DNA of 64,000 nt, from contig JAOUBX010000011.1 in the NCBI GenBank assembly GCA_029860075.1, forward strand, positions 11,031 to 75,030. Reading direction: 5' to 3'. Within the stretch, counting starts at the first letter, position 1. Each line of letters begins with the position of its first letter. Below, piece by piece: positions 40,504 through 50,275 of this stretch. Made by a program: the position numbers and the translations under genes. The notes beneath the pieces were generated by a model. It ran no database searches, was not told the origin of the DNA, and saw only the letters and a program-made list of their open reading frames with translations. The DNA is from Deltaproteobacteria bacterium. Its GTDB lineage: Bacteria > Desulfobacterota > JADFVX01.

Positions 40504-42615
40504 TCAATCCTTCTTTTTCTGCGAAGCAATACCGCCAAGCCAGAACATAAAGGCCACTCCAACGAGGAAGACCAGAACGGAAAGTCCTACCATCTGCGTC
40601 ATAGTGTAGTTACTGGGCGTATAGGCCCACTCCGATGTATCCCTCATTACGCCAAAGATATGCCAGTCAGTCCTGAGTCCTGAACGGATGAAACCCATAA
40701 GCCCCATATTCATGGTAATAACTATGGTCAAAAGAAGGAGCGCGTACTGACTTCTTACTGTCATCTTTCCCCACTTCAGCGGTCCGATCTCCTTGGCATT
40801 TCTGAAAAGGAAGGCATCAATGGCACTGACAAGGATCAAAGCGCTGATTAGCTGTAGAAACTGGCTAACAGCAATATTCCTGAGGAAGGGCGATGCTTTT
40901 TCCATCACAACAAAGCCATAAACACCCAGGAAACCTGTGACGCTTAAAGCCGTAAAACCGAGATAGAGATATTGACCTAAAACCCCTTTATCCTTTAAGG
41001 CAAGGAGAACAGCAACAACAGCTACTGCACAGTTAGCTAGAAGAAGGTAGCCCGTTGTTTTAAAATACTCGGTCCGGTCCGCCGGTAGATCGAGGCTACC
41101 TGGATCGAGGGTGATCATGGAGACGGCATACTGACCAACAATCAATATGGCCAACAGGCCTGCCATAGGGATCACAATTTTAGGCGCTTTTCCTTGCCGG
41201 CTGATTGGCAGAGTATCACCTTTATTCCCTCTTCTGTATAGGAGAAAGCTGAAAAAAGTAGCCAGGATGATCAGGTTAACAACCGCATTCTTTGCCGGCA
41301 TCAGTCCTAAATATTTCAAGGTGGGGTGATACTGGCTACCACCCATCTGGGATACCTCTTGACCGGTAAGGGGCAGATTGTGAGGCGTCAGCCACACGGC
41401 AAAGGAGATGATAATAGCACCGAGAATGAACTTTATATATTTATAATACCTCTCCGCCCCGGGTATCCTCGTCATGCCGCTCCATAGATAGTAGTTACTT
41501 ATAAGGAAAAGCGACCCTACGAGCATAGCCTGGATGATAAAAGTCCATGAGAAGTCACCGCCCATCATGTTGTTCCCCATAACGGCACTCGTTGAATAGA
41601 CCTCACGTCCGAGATAGTATCCAGCGAAGGGAAGAGGAATAAGGGCTGCTATAGCGACGAAGTTCGCAATATAGCCCATCCAGTCATAATGAGCTTTCTC
41701 TTCATCAGTTTTTGATCCGAGAAATTTGACTGCCGCATAGGAACCTGCAACCAATCCTCCAAAAGCAAGGTTCCCAAGCATTCTGTGAATGGCCACCGGT
41801 GTTGCAAGGGTGTTTTCGAATACCTGCCAGAGCGTACCCGTCAGTACTCCCTTCTGGTCAACACCTCCGGGGCTCATCATAAAGCCGACCCAGGAATTAG
41901 CCATCTGCATGATAGCCGTACCAACGACGTTTAGCAAAATACCTATCAGTATGTGGGTACTCTTCCTGTCCTTCACCATCATTAAACCGATACCAACAGG
42001 TAAAATGTAGAGAAAAGCCATAAAGGTTCTCGTATCAGTCCTCATTTGGGGACCGAATGCTCCAAAGAAGAAAGCTATGCCGATCAAAATGACAACGGCA
42101 CCGAGACCTTTCATGAACCACTGCACAGGTTTGCTGTACTCTTCTCCGCCACTGAGCCAGCCCCAGCCGTAATAGTATAGATAGAGGCAGAAGGTTTCGC
42201 CGAAGAAAAGGAGGGCATAAATGAACATGACGTCCTTGAAGTTGCCCGCCATATACCCCATGAATGTGGGATAAAGTGTAAAAAGGGCAAAGGCGAGAAG
42301 CCCGCCGAATGCAGCCGTTGTCGCATAGGCAACACTCAAAAGAGATGTAAACTCGTATGACAGCTTGTCGAACTTCTTATCTCCACCCTTCCAGCCTACG
42401 ATCTCGATTATCACCGCAAATAGCGGAACACCAAGAACAAAAGCCCCGAAAAATAGGTGCATCTGGGCTATAAACCAGACAACCTTCCTGGAGTCGAGGC
42501 CCAACACCTGCCGGTATACATTCTCTTCAAGGGCATATGCCGTTGATGATAGTACAAGCGCCATCAACAGGGCCGCAACGCCCCCTTTAACAATCTTATT
42601 AGATAACAAAGTCAT
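40504..42615 (-). CDS. Cytochrome bd subunit I-like (CydA-like) membrane protein (module 1)
   Basis: QMHLFF, ANSWVGFMMSP, AIHRM, AHYDW, TPHNL, QYHP, GFIRSGLRTDWH; no cydB. Confidence 0.85.
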   Translation of the reverse strand: MTLLSNKIVKGGVAALLMALVLSSTAYALEENVYRQVLGLDSRKVVWFIAQMHLFFGAFVLGVPLFAVIIEIVGWKGGDKKFDKLSYEFTSLLSVAYATTAAFGGLLAFALFTLYPTFMGYMAGNFKDVMFIYALLFFGETFCLYLYYYGWGWLSGGEEYSKPVQWFMKGLGAVVILIGIAFFFGAFGPQMRTDTRTFMAFLYILPVGIGLMMVKDRKSTHILIGILLNVVGTAIMQMANSWVGFMMSPGGVDQKGVLTGTLWQVFENTLATPVAIHRMLGNLAFGGLVAGSYAAVKFLGSKTDEEKAHYDWMGYIANFVAIAALIPLPFAGYYLGREVYSTSAVMGNNMMGGDFSWTFIIQAMLVGSLFLISNYYLWSGMTRIPGAERYYKYIKFILGAIIISFAVWLTPHNLPLTGQEVSQMGGSQYHPTLKYLGLMPAKNAVVNLIILATFFSFLLYRRGNKGDTLPISRQGKAPKIVIPMAGLLAILIVGQYAVSMITLDPGSLDLPADRTEYFKTTGYLLLANCAVAVVAVLLALKDKGVLGQYLYLGFTALSVTGFLGVYGFVVMEKASPFLRNIAVSQFLQLISALILVSAIDAFLFRNAKEIGPLKWGKMTVRSQYALLLLTIVITMNMGLMGFIRSGLRTDWHIFGVMRDTSEWAYTPSNYTMTQMVGLSVLVFLVGVAFMFWLGGIASQKKKD

Positions 42616-42657
42616 ATCTGTAACACCTCCATAAAAATCTCACATAGAAAGAAATTT

Positions 42658-42771
42658 GCAGGGGCAAACCCCTGTGTTTACCCTTTTTAAATAAAGGGCA
42701 AAGGCGGGGATCTAAATTGCCTTTTTTTATTTATTTTAAAACAAGGGCAGGCACGGGGGGCTGCCCCTACG
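42658..42771. repeat. GTAG-type REP doublet
   Basis: GCAGGGGCAAACCCCTGTG and inverted CACGGGGGCTGCCCCTAC. Confidence 0.6.
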
Positions 42772-42785
42772 GACAAATTAAATAG

Positions 42786-43331
42786 CTATTTCTCTCTTTT
42801 AAGCGCCCTTACAAACCTCACCACACCGGCAATCTCTTCCACCTCCATCTCTTCATCGTCGATATTCGTTTTACTGCAGATATTGATGGGTTCCGTCAAA
42901 TCCTTCAGTTTATCGTTAGAAGGAGTCTTGCTATTCAAAGGAGGAATGGATTGACTATGGCATTCCAGGCAAATTTCTTCAAAGAGCTTGTCACCTGTAA
43001 CGGCCCTGGCATAGAGGATCATGCTCTTCATTTCATCCTCGTTAATAACGTCCTTCCAGGGAGGCATTAGCTCTCCCTTTCCCTCCTTGATCGTCTTTAA
43101 AAGTTCCTCCTCCTTTTTATCGAGCCGTTCACCCTTTGCAAAGTTAGGGGCTTCAGGAAGAACTGAATTACCGTCAAAGCCATGACAGGCTGCACAGTTT
43201 TCTTCATAGATGGCTCTAGCCTTTTTTATTATTTCAAGTTTCTCTACCCACTTTGCATCTTCAGCGGCAAAGGCCGAACCTGTAAAAGCAGCTGCTAATA
43301 ACAATGCCAGAATGATAATTACTCTATTCAT
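42786..43331 (-). CDS. Exported diheme cytochrome c
   Basis: Signal peptide, CAACH...MPPW, CLECH. Confidence 0.85.
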   Translation of the reverse strand: MNRVIIILALLLAAAFTGSAFAAEDAKWVEKLEIIKKARAIYEENCAACHGFDGNSVLPEAPNFAKGERLDKKEEELLKTIKEGKGELMPPWKDVINEDEMKSMILYARAVTGDKLFEEICLECHSQSIPPLNSKTPSNDKLKDLTEPINICSKTNIDDEEMEVEEIAGVVRFVRALKREK

Positions 43332-43343
43332 CTTTTCTCCTCA

Positions 43344-45665
43344 TTAGTGTAATGTACCGGAAAGAGCCGAATAAAATTCCGCCAGTGCATCTATGCACAT
43401 CCAGTGATACTCCTCATAGTCGGCATCGTTAAGACGGTCCAGGAGTATTTGTGTACAATGTGGATCTTCCAGCCGTCTCAATGTCCTTGCAGCCTCACGT
43501 CGCAACTCCCCGCCATGATCAAATATGACATTCAGTACTTTTCCGCTAAGCTCCCCTTCTTCTTCATCTTCTGTTACAACATTGAGGGCCGCCCTCTTTA
43601 CCACCATCTCTTCATCATCAAGAGCCCTGGATAACAAATCCACTGCTGTCGAACCCTCCATAGAAGCGGCCACATTCAAGGCTCTCTCACGTACAAAGTA
43701 GTCAGGGTCACCTATTAGTATATGGAGCTTTTCTTCGATAACACTCTGAGCACCGAAACCCTTAAGGGCATCTATTGAAGCAAGTCTTACATCTCTGCTA
43801 TCAGATTCAAGCCCTTCCAGTACTAAAGGAAGTGACTTTTCATCACCTATCCTGCCAAGAGAAGTAATAACCTCCTTACAGATATCAGGATTATCAATAT
43901 CCACAGCCTCAGTTAAAGTCTCAAGCGCCTTTTCGCACTTCCTCTCTCCAAGGAGCCTTGCAGCAATAAGCTTCACTCTTATCTCTCTCTGTTCCATCTC
44001 AAAAGACCTGGCTTCCTCTTCAAGTTTGCGCTTTATCTCTCTATTCTCCTGAGCTTCAGGGGAAACCTGCGAAGCCATGATGGAAGCAAGAGTGGAAACA
44101 TCCTCCTTACCGATAGCCACCTCTCCATCGCCCAACAATTCTTCTACAGAGGGTTTATCTTCTTCACTCTCTTCCTCAATGGAGTTCATATCTTCCGATA
44201 TATGAGACACTTCACATTGGTCAACTGTTTCAGTCACAAAACCTTCTAGTAAGATATCTGCAAGTGTTTCCACTGATCCCTCAGGGTCTATCTCGGCAAG
44301 TGCCGTCATGGAAGCGATGGAAACGTTATCCTTCTTATCAAAAACAGTCCTCTTCAGCACCTCTACAGGATCAATGACTTCTTCCACACTTTCCACTGCC
44401 TCACCCTCTTCGTCTGAGGCATCTAAAAGCTCTTCTTCCCCAACAGTCTCATCCACCTCCCGGGACTCCATTCCCTTGCCCTTCAACATCCTGCCTAGAG
44501 CTATTGCAGCCTGAACTCTCACATTATTATCCATCTTTTCGTCATCGAGCATGGAGGCAATCTTTTCCTCAGGGCCCTCTTTAGCTATTTTTCCCAATGC
44601 TAAAACAGCGGCATAATTAAGGTCTCTATCATCGACGGAAAGATACATGCTGATTAGATCTACATATTCAGGACTGCCGATTTCACCCAGTATTTTCAGA
44701 ACTTTAGTGATGAGATAAGGGCTTGGGGAGTCACTCATCAACTTGATTAGTTTTTCGGCAACAGCCTTACCACGCATTTTTCCAAGAATTTCTGCTGCTT
44801 CCTCACAGACATTACTGTTGTTATCAGACAAAAGCATGGTAAGAGGAACAATGATCTGGGGACTCTTTGTGGCGCCCAGTGCCCTCGCCGCATATATGCG
44901 CACGTCCGGATCTTCATCCAGTAGCGCGTTACTCAATGATTCAAGAAGCCGGTTATCTATTTCACCGTTTTCGTTAGTTATAAAGTCAAGTTCTATAAAG
45001 GCCTTGGCCGCCCTTCTTCTGGCTAACCTTCCACCCTTTTCAAGTTGCTCAAGGAGGAAGTTCGTAGCCCTGGTACTGCTCAATTTGGCAAGCACCCTGA
45101 ATCCTTTTTCCTGGAGGTCTTCATATTCCTCATTGAGAAGAAGTTCTATTACACCATCGGCGGCATTTTCATCACCCAATTCACCGAGAGCATCGAGGGC
45201 CTGGCTCTGCACTTCCCATGCAGGAGCAAATTCCATATCATCCCCTTCACCGTCATAGATATCGAGGTAGCCATCCTCTTTGATACATTCCATCAAGACG
45301 TTAAGGGCCTTTTTCGACCTCATTTTACCCAGCGCGATAACGGCCTGGATACGCACCTCTCCATCGGGGTCATTCTTTAAGGTATCGATCAAAGGATCGA
45401 CGGCATCTTCCATATTCAAATTACCGAGCGCTTGCGCCGCATCCATACTCACATCAGGATCACTATCGTGCAAGGCATCTATAAGCTTATTTATGGATTC
45501 TTTATCAATAGCCTTCATTTTTTCAAGAGCCCTTACAGCACAACACCTTGAAAGAGAATTATCTCTGCTCAATACTTCCTGAAGATTTTCTATCACTGTT
45601 TCACGGTTTGCTTTTTTTATACTGTTCATAGGTTCCGTCATTTCAGTTATCATAATTAAGACCAT
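43344..45665 (-). CDS. Acidic HEAT/PBS-lyase repeat protein
   Basis: Repeated D.D..VR..AA.ALG units; no signal peptide; start uncertain (several Met in the first 13 aa). Confidence 0.88.
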   Translation of the reverse strand: MVLIMITEMTEPMNSIKKANRETVIENLQEVLSRDNSLSRCCAVRALEKMKAIDKESINKLIDALHDSDPDVSMDAAQALGNLNMEDAVDPLIDTLKNDPDGEVRIQAVIALGKMRSKKALNVLMECIKEDGYLDIYDGEGDDMEFAPAWEVQSQALDALGELGDENAADGVIELLLNEEYEDLQEKGFRVLAKLSSTRATNFLLEQLEKGGRLARRRAAKAFIELDFITNENGEIDNRLLESLSNALLDEDPDVRIYAARALGATKSPQIIVPLTMLLSDNNSNVCEEAAEILGKMRGKAVAEKLIKLMSDSPSPYLITKVLKILGEIGSPEYVDLISMYLSVDDRDLNYAAVLALGKIAKEGPEEKIASMLDDEKMDNNVRVQAAIALGRMLKGKGMESREVDETVGEEELLDASDEEGEAVESVEEVIDPVEVLKRTVFDKKDNVSIASMTALAEIDPEGSVETLADILLEGFVTETVDQCEVSHISEDMNSIEEESEEDKPSVEELLGDGEVAIGKEDVSTLASIMASQVSPEAQENREIKRKLEEEARSFEMEQREIRVKLIAARLLGERKCEKALETLTEAVDIDNPDICKEVITSLGRIGDEKSLPLVLEGLESDSRDVRLASIDALKGFGAQSVIEEKLHILIGDPDYFVRERALNVAASMEGSTAVDLLSRALDDEEMVVKRAALNVVTEDEEEGELSGKVLNVIFDHGGELRREAARTLRRLEDPHCTQILLDRLNDADYEEYHWMCIDALAEFYSALSGTLH

Positions 45666-45681
45666 TTCATCACATTTGTTA

Positions 45682-45719
45682 GAAAAATCAGGGGCACCCC
45701 CACATAAGGATGCCCCTGA
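45682..45719 (-). terminator. Terminator-like hairpin after the molybdoenzyme large subunit
   Basis: TCAGGGGCA-loop-TGCCCCTGA followed by TTTTT on the minus strand. Confidence 0.7.
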
Positions 45720-45732
45720 AAGAAAACAGACT

Positions 45733-48450
45733 CTAGGCGATATCCCTCCGGATGAAGCTCATCTGGGAGAAGCTCTTCTTGAAAGGCGATTCACCGATCT
45801 TCTTAACCTTACCCATGGCAATCTTATAGTTGTAGTTCATTGTCATAGGATCAGGTACTCTTGGTGCAATCGAATTGAATGCCTGCTTTTTATCAAGGAA
45901 GTTGGTAAAGGTTACCCCCTTCTTAATGGCAGGTGTTACGATTGCCACGGCAGAGAACTCACCTGATTCAAACTTGAGGTGTCCACGCTTTTTGAGACCG
46001 TTGAAGTACATGTCGTCACCTTTCACACCAAGGTTGAAGTCCTTCTGGATTGCAACCCTGTCGTTGGTTACGGTCACCATATCACCGGACTCGATACCCC
46101 TCTTCTTAGCATCAGCAGGGTGAATCTCGATGAAGTTCATGGGCCATCTCTGTTGGATATAGGCACGTCTTTCCGTATCATCGAATCCGGATTGCCATAT
46201 CTCGTTGATACGACCGGCAGTTACCCAGAGTTCACCGTCCCTCGGCTTGAGATAGTCATGGTACTGGTTCCAATAGAAATTCCATGGCGTTTTCATCAGG
46301 TTCAGCTTACCTGTCTGTGATTTAAAGGCCATAATGTTCTTCTTGATAACCGTAGGACCCTCGGGACCGGTTTCCGGTATGGCGAACTTCTTATTTTTAT
46401 TACGGTCATACCAGTGCTGCCTCGGTGTTTCCATGATCTTGCCGTCAACCCAGAGAAGCGGCGCCTGATAACCCTGCGTACCTCTCTTGGCCAGGAAGTC
46501 ATGAGCTTTCATACCGGCCTTCCTTGCGGCAACCTTAATTGCGTTGAAGTCAGACCTGTGACCACGGCTGAACCTGCAAGCCTCCTCGAATACATCGTTG
46601 GAGTCTTTCCAGTCGTAACCGTCAAAGCCCATCTTCTTGGCAAACATAGAGACGATCTTCCAGTCTGGTTTGGCGTCACCCGGTGCATCGTAGAACTTAG
46701 AATAAAGACGGATACGCCTTTCACCGTTCTCCCTGGTAAAGCTGTCTTCACCCCATGTTGCGGCAGGAAGAATAATGTCGGCATACTGGCTGCCAACGGG
46801 ATCGATGAGGTAGATGTCCTGATTGACGACAACCATACCACCACTGTCTACCCTCTTCTTGAGTGTTTCGATAATTTCTTTCTTATCGAAGCTCTTTACC
46901 TGGTTCGGATTGAGCTTGACCTGTCTCTTAAAGCTATCCTGCATAGCTGCAGAACCGGCCATGGCCTGCATCCAGGTCGTTCCAACTACATAGGCAAATC
47001 GCAGGTGGCCCGCTTCAACCCAGCGGTCAAGATCCAGTCTATGACGCCTTCTGCCGGGGAACTTGTAAGGTGACCTGATACCGGGGTAAGGGCCACCGCC
47101 CCTGCCGCCACGCTGATGTCCACCGAGACGGGTTACAGCACTTCCGGGCTTTCCACCTGCACCGCAGATAATTCCAAGTACTCCAACTGAGGCAGTGTTA
47201 CCCCAGTTGTTTGACCAGTAATTACCTTTCTCGATACCGATTGTAAGCTTACGGCGCTTGCCTCTTTTCGGCTTAGCCATTAATTCAGCTGCTTTGTAGA
47301 TCTTCTTTACATCAATTCCGCAAATCTTGGCAGCAACCTTCGGATCGGCTGACTTTTCACCGAGGTTCCACTTTTTATAAGCTTCGATGCCGTTAACGAC
47401 GCCGATCTTACCCCATGTGGTTCTCCACTGCCATGGTGTATTACGCGTTCCCTGGCCGAATCCGGAGTCCGTCTCCCACTTATTGTTAACAAAGCGCTTG
47501 ATGAATTCCTTGTCTTCCCATCCTTTTTCAAGGATGACCCTTGCAATGGCGTTGTGCAGGGCCTGATCGGTTCCAGGCGTAATATCGATCCAGAGGCCGC
47601 CATTCTTTTCTATATGGGCAACACCGGCAGTTCTTCTGGGGTTGACCATGATAACCTTGGTCTTGTTTTTCTGGATTCCTTTGAGAATCCACTCATTCCA
47701 GACGATTGTTTTCGCTTCATAGGGATCGGTCCCTGAAAGGAAAATTGTGTCTGCAAGAGAGAAGTCCTCGTAGGCTGCGGGAAAGATGTCATAACCGATA
47801 TCTACCCAACCCGGAACGGAGTTAACGATTGCCGGGTGGTCATGATGTGCCACAGCCGGCGTCCCGATATTCCTGAAAGCAAGCTTGGTAAGTGCAAAAG
47901 TGTTCTCATAGTATTGGTAACTAAAGTACTTGAGACCCCATGCATTCTCACCGTGATTTTTAAGAACATGCCTCGAAACATCGGCCATAATGTCCAGGGC
48001 AAAGTCCCAGGTAACAGGCATGAGCGTATCATGAACCCTTACCATAGGATATTTGAGCCTGTCCTGGGTAGGGCTCTTAGGATTGTATACTTTCTGGGCA
48101 ATACATCCGCCACGTATACTGGCGTCTCCGCCGACGTTAACGACCTTTGAGTCACCATCAGGTACAACGGCAATATTGTAAAGCTTACCTTTATAGGCAG
48201 CCTGTGTTACCTGGGTTGGACTTACCCAGTTACCGGATCTTCCCGGAATGCTCGTAGAACCGGGCAGAACAAAATCCCTGTTTAGAGCATTCTGGCTCTT
48301 CTTGGGTCCACCGGGCTTTGCATTTGCAGGCCAGCGGTAGACCTTGTAGCCGCATGCAACGATACAGTAATCGCAACATGTAGTGAGCACCTCTGCGTTT
48401 TTAGGCGGAAGAGGCACTCTGTCTTCTGGCTGATAATGTGGTGTTGACAT
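45733..48450 (-). CDS. DMSO-reductase family molybdoenzyme large subunit, AioA/IdrA-like
   Basis: VPLPP, CDYCIVACGY plus downstream SIRGG ([3Fe-4S]-type C-x2-C-x3-C...S), EKG, RLGGHQ, LPAATWGE, NGERR, GRINEIWQS; no signal peptide. Confidence 0.9.
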   Translation of the reverse strand: MSTPHYQPEDRVPLPPKNAEVLTTCCDYCIVACGYKVYRWPANAKPGGPKKSQNALNRDFVLPGSTSIPGRSGNWVSPTQVTQAAYKGKLYNIAVVPDGDSKVVNVGGDASIRGGCIAQKVYNPKSPTQDRLKYPMVRVHDTLMPVTWDFALDIMADVSRHVLKNHGENAWGLKYFSYQYYENTFALTKLAFRNIGTPAVAHHDHPAIVNSVPGWVDIGYDIFPAAYEDFSLADTIFLSGTDPYEAKTIVWNEWILKGIQKNKTKVIMVNPRRTAGVAHIEKNGGLWIDITPGTDQALHNAIARVILEKGWEDKEFIKRFVNNKWETDSGFGQGTRNTPWQWRTTWGKIGVVNGIEAYKKWNLGEKSADPKVAAKICGIDVKKIYKAAELMAKPKRGKRRKLTIGIEKGNYWSNNWGNTASVGVLGIICGAGGKPGSAVTRLGGHQRGGRGGGPYPGIRSPYKFPGRRRHRLDLDRWVEAGHLRFAYVVGTTWMQAMAGSAAMQDSFKRQVKLNPNQVKSFDKKEIIETLKKRVDSGGMVVVNQDIYLIDPVGSQYADIILPAATWGEDSFTRENGERRIRLYSKFYDAPGDAKPDWKIVSMFAKKMGFDGYDWKDSNDVFEEACRFSRGHRSDFNAIKVAARKAGMKAHDFLAKRGTQGYQAPLLWVDGKIMETPRQHWYDRNKNKKFAIPETGPEGPTVIKKNIMAFKSQTGKLNLMKTPWNFYWNQYHDYLKPRDGELWVTAGRINEIWQSGFDDTERRAYIQQRWPMNFIEIHPADAKKRGIESGDMVTVTNDRVAIQKDFNLGVKGDDMYFNGLKKRGHLKFESGEFSAVAIVTPAIKKGVTFTNFLDKKQAFNSIAPRVPDPMTMNYNYKIAMGKVKKIGESPFKKSFSQMSFIRRDIA

Positions 48451-48462
48451 AGTATATACCTC

Positions 48463-49002
48463 CTATCCTTTCAAGTTATCGTACCGGCCATAAATAAGAC
48501 CGATAAGTCCGACGGCATAAATGTCGTCTCCCTCGACTTCGAGGAGAACCTGTGGAAGGCTCTGCGTTGCATGACCGGTGACGATCATACCGTGCCTCGT
48601 CAGGTCAAAGGTAGACTGATGGAAAGGACAGGGTCCGAGAGCTTTGTCTGCGGACTGATAGAACCTTCCCATGGGGCCACCCATATGTGTACAGAGCGTA
48701 TTAAAAGCCACAACATCTTTCTTTCTTCCTATCCCGCCTCCGGCAGGCGTCCCGAGCTTAACAAGTATGCTCTGGGAATTTTTGCCGTCATCGGGATATT
48801 TGAAAGTCAAAGGCTTGTTGGCCTTCAGCTTACTGAGCCTTCCGATCTTCTTTTTCGGATAGGTAGTCACTTCAGCCGCTATGGCCTTTCCTTCCAGACC
48901 GGGAATATTGTTGAGAAGTACCGTAGTTGCTACGGCAGCACCGCTCCCGATAAGAAAGGCCCTTCGGCTTATGCAACGGTCATCATTTTTACTATTTTCC
49001 AT
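48463..49002 (-). CDS. Rieske [2Fe-2S] small subunit, AioB/IdrB-like, Tat-exported
   Basis: SRRAFL Tat motif, CTHMG, CPFH, GHATQSLPQV, GLIYGR. Confidence 0.92.
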   Translation of the reverse strand: MENSKNDDRCISRRAFLIGSGAAVATTVLLNNIPGLEGKAIAAEVTTYPKKKIGRLSKLKANKPLTFKYPDDGKNSQSILVKLGTPAGGGIGRKKDVVAFNTLCTHMGGPMGRFYQSADKALGPCPFHQSTFDLTRHGMIVTGHATQSLPQVLLEVEGDDIYAVGLIGLIYGRYDNLKG

Positions 49003-49015
49003 AGCTTAAACCTCC

Positions 49016-50260
49016 TTAATATTTGATGCCCTGGGCATCGAGGTAGAACTCGATTCCAGTGATTTTGGCCTTCTTCTGGGTCAGGCGCTTTACATCAGGG
49101 AAGGGCTTCATTTTGGGAACCTTGACGGAACCGATCTTGATTTCCTTACCACTGATCTCTTCGAGGAAAGCAACGAGAGCTTCCTTCTCACCATCAGTCA
49201 AGCCGAGAGGTTTGAGGATCTTCGTCTTGGTACCGTACTTTTTGGTAAAGTCGTTCTCACCACCACCATCGTTGTAGAAATCAATGACTTCTTCGAGGGT
49301 AAAGAACTGACCGGCATGCATATAAGGCGCCGTATACTTGAGATAACGAAGCGGTGCTGTCCTGAATTTACCGAGATCCTTTTTTTGCTTGGTTTGGAAA
49401 TAGAGGCCCAGGTCGTCTTTGTAGTTCCTGTATTTGTCCTCATAGACACCCTTGGCATAAAGCTCAAACCTGAAAGTGATCTGATTAAGACCTATCGTCT
49501 CCCACTCTTCAGGCCTCGGTACACCGATATTATAAAACTTCTCGTCAGTCAGCATAGGACCATTGTGACACTCAATACAGTTGGCCTTACCTTCGAAAAG
49601 CTTCATCCCTTTAACGGCCTTCTTGGAAAGGGCGCTCTTCTTACCTTTCAGATACTTATCAAGTGGAGACTCCCACTTGCCGACCTGCGAAAGCGCACCA
49701 CGCTCAAAAGCAGCAATTGCCATATAAGCCAGTGGACGAACATTAGGCTGCTCTGCACCGTAGACCTTTCTGAAAAGCTCTACATACTCAGGTGTTTGAC
49801 GAAGACGCTCATCCATCACGTCCAGTTCACCATTACCGGCAACACCACCCTGTGCGGCAGATTTAGCCTGCTTTTCGAGACTCGTTGTCGATCCGGCCCA
49901 GAAAACCTTGTTCAGGTACCCTGTATTGACAACGGTCTGGCAGTTTCTCCAGTGGACCGTACCGGGATAACCACGGCAGATCGGTTCGTTAAATCCCCAA
50001 CCCTGTTCGGGATGGTGACAGTCTACGCAAGCCAGACTTGCGTCACCTGAAATTTTAGGATCGAAATAGAGCATTTTTCCCAGCTCGATCTTTTCAGGCG
50101 TCATAGAGTTATCCATGGGATCCGGCACAGGGCCCAGAGGGGCGAGTGGCGGATCAAAATCAGGATCTCCCTTTGCAAAGGTGGACGAAGCAGCCATTAA
50201 AAAAGCAAGGCATGTCACCACCATCAGAGGGAGGGCCACTTTATAAATTCTTTTATTCAT
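49016..50260 (-). CDS. Diheme cytochrome c peroxidase/MauG family protein (IdrP-like)
   Basis: Signal peptide, LGKMLYFD, CVDCH, CIECHNGP, FRTAPLR, TAPYMH. Confidence 0.92.
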   Translation of the reverse strand: MNKRIYKVALPLMVVTCLAFLMAASSTFAKGDPDFDPPLAPLGPVPDPMDNSMTPEKIELGKMLYFDPKISGDASLACVDCHHPEQGWGFNEPICRGYPGTVHWRNCQTVVNTGYLNKVFWAGSTTSLEKQAKSAAQGGVAGNGELDVMDERLRQTPEYVELFRKVYGAEQPNVRPLAYMAIAAFERGALSQVGKWESPLDKYLKGKKSALSKKAVKGMKLFEGKANCIECHNGPMLTDEKFYNIGVPRPEEWETIGLNQITFRFELYAKGVYEDKYRNYKDDLGLYFQTKQKKDLGKFRTAPLRYLKYTAPYMHAGQFFTLEEVIDFYNDGGGENDFTKKYGTKTKILKPLGLTDGEKEALVAFLEEISGKEIKIGSVKVPKMKPFPDVKRLTQKKAKITGIEFYLDAQGIKY

Positions 50261-50275
50261 GATTAAACCTCCCGT

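Noticed and set aside
20305-42615. Canonical cytochrome bd oxidase (cydAB)
   Set aside because: No cydB, the GRQPW/E445 segment is altered, and the genes are embedded among c-type cytochromes.
45733-49002. Canonical arsenite oxidase aioBA
   Set aside because: Funnel motifs diverge, a twin-peroxidase pair is present, and no aioX or ars genes are in the window. Gene symbols are withheld pending phylogeny.
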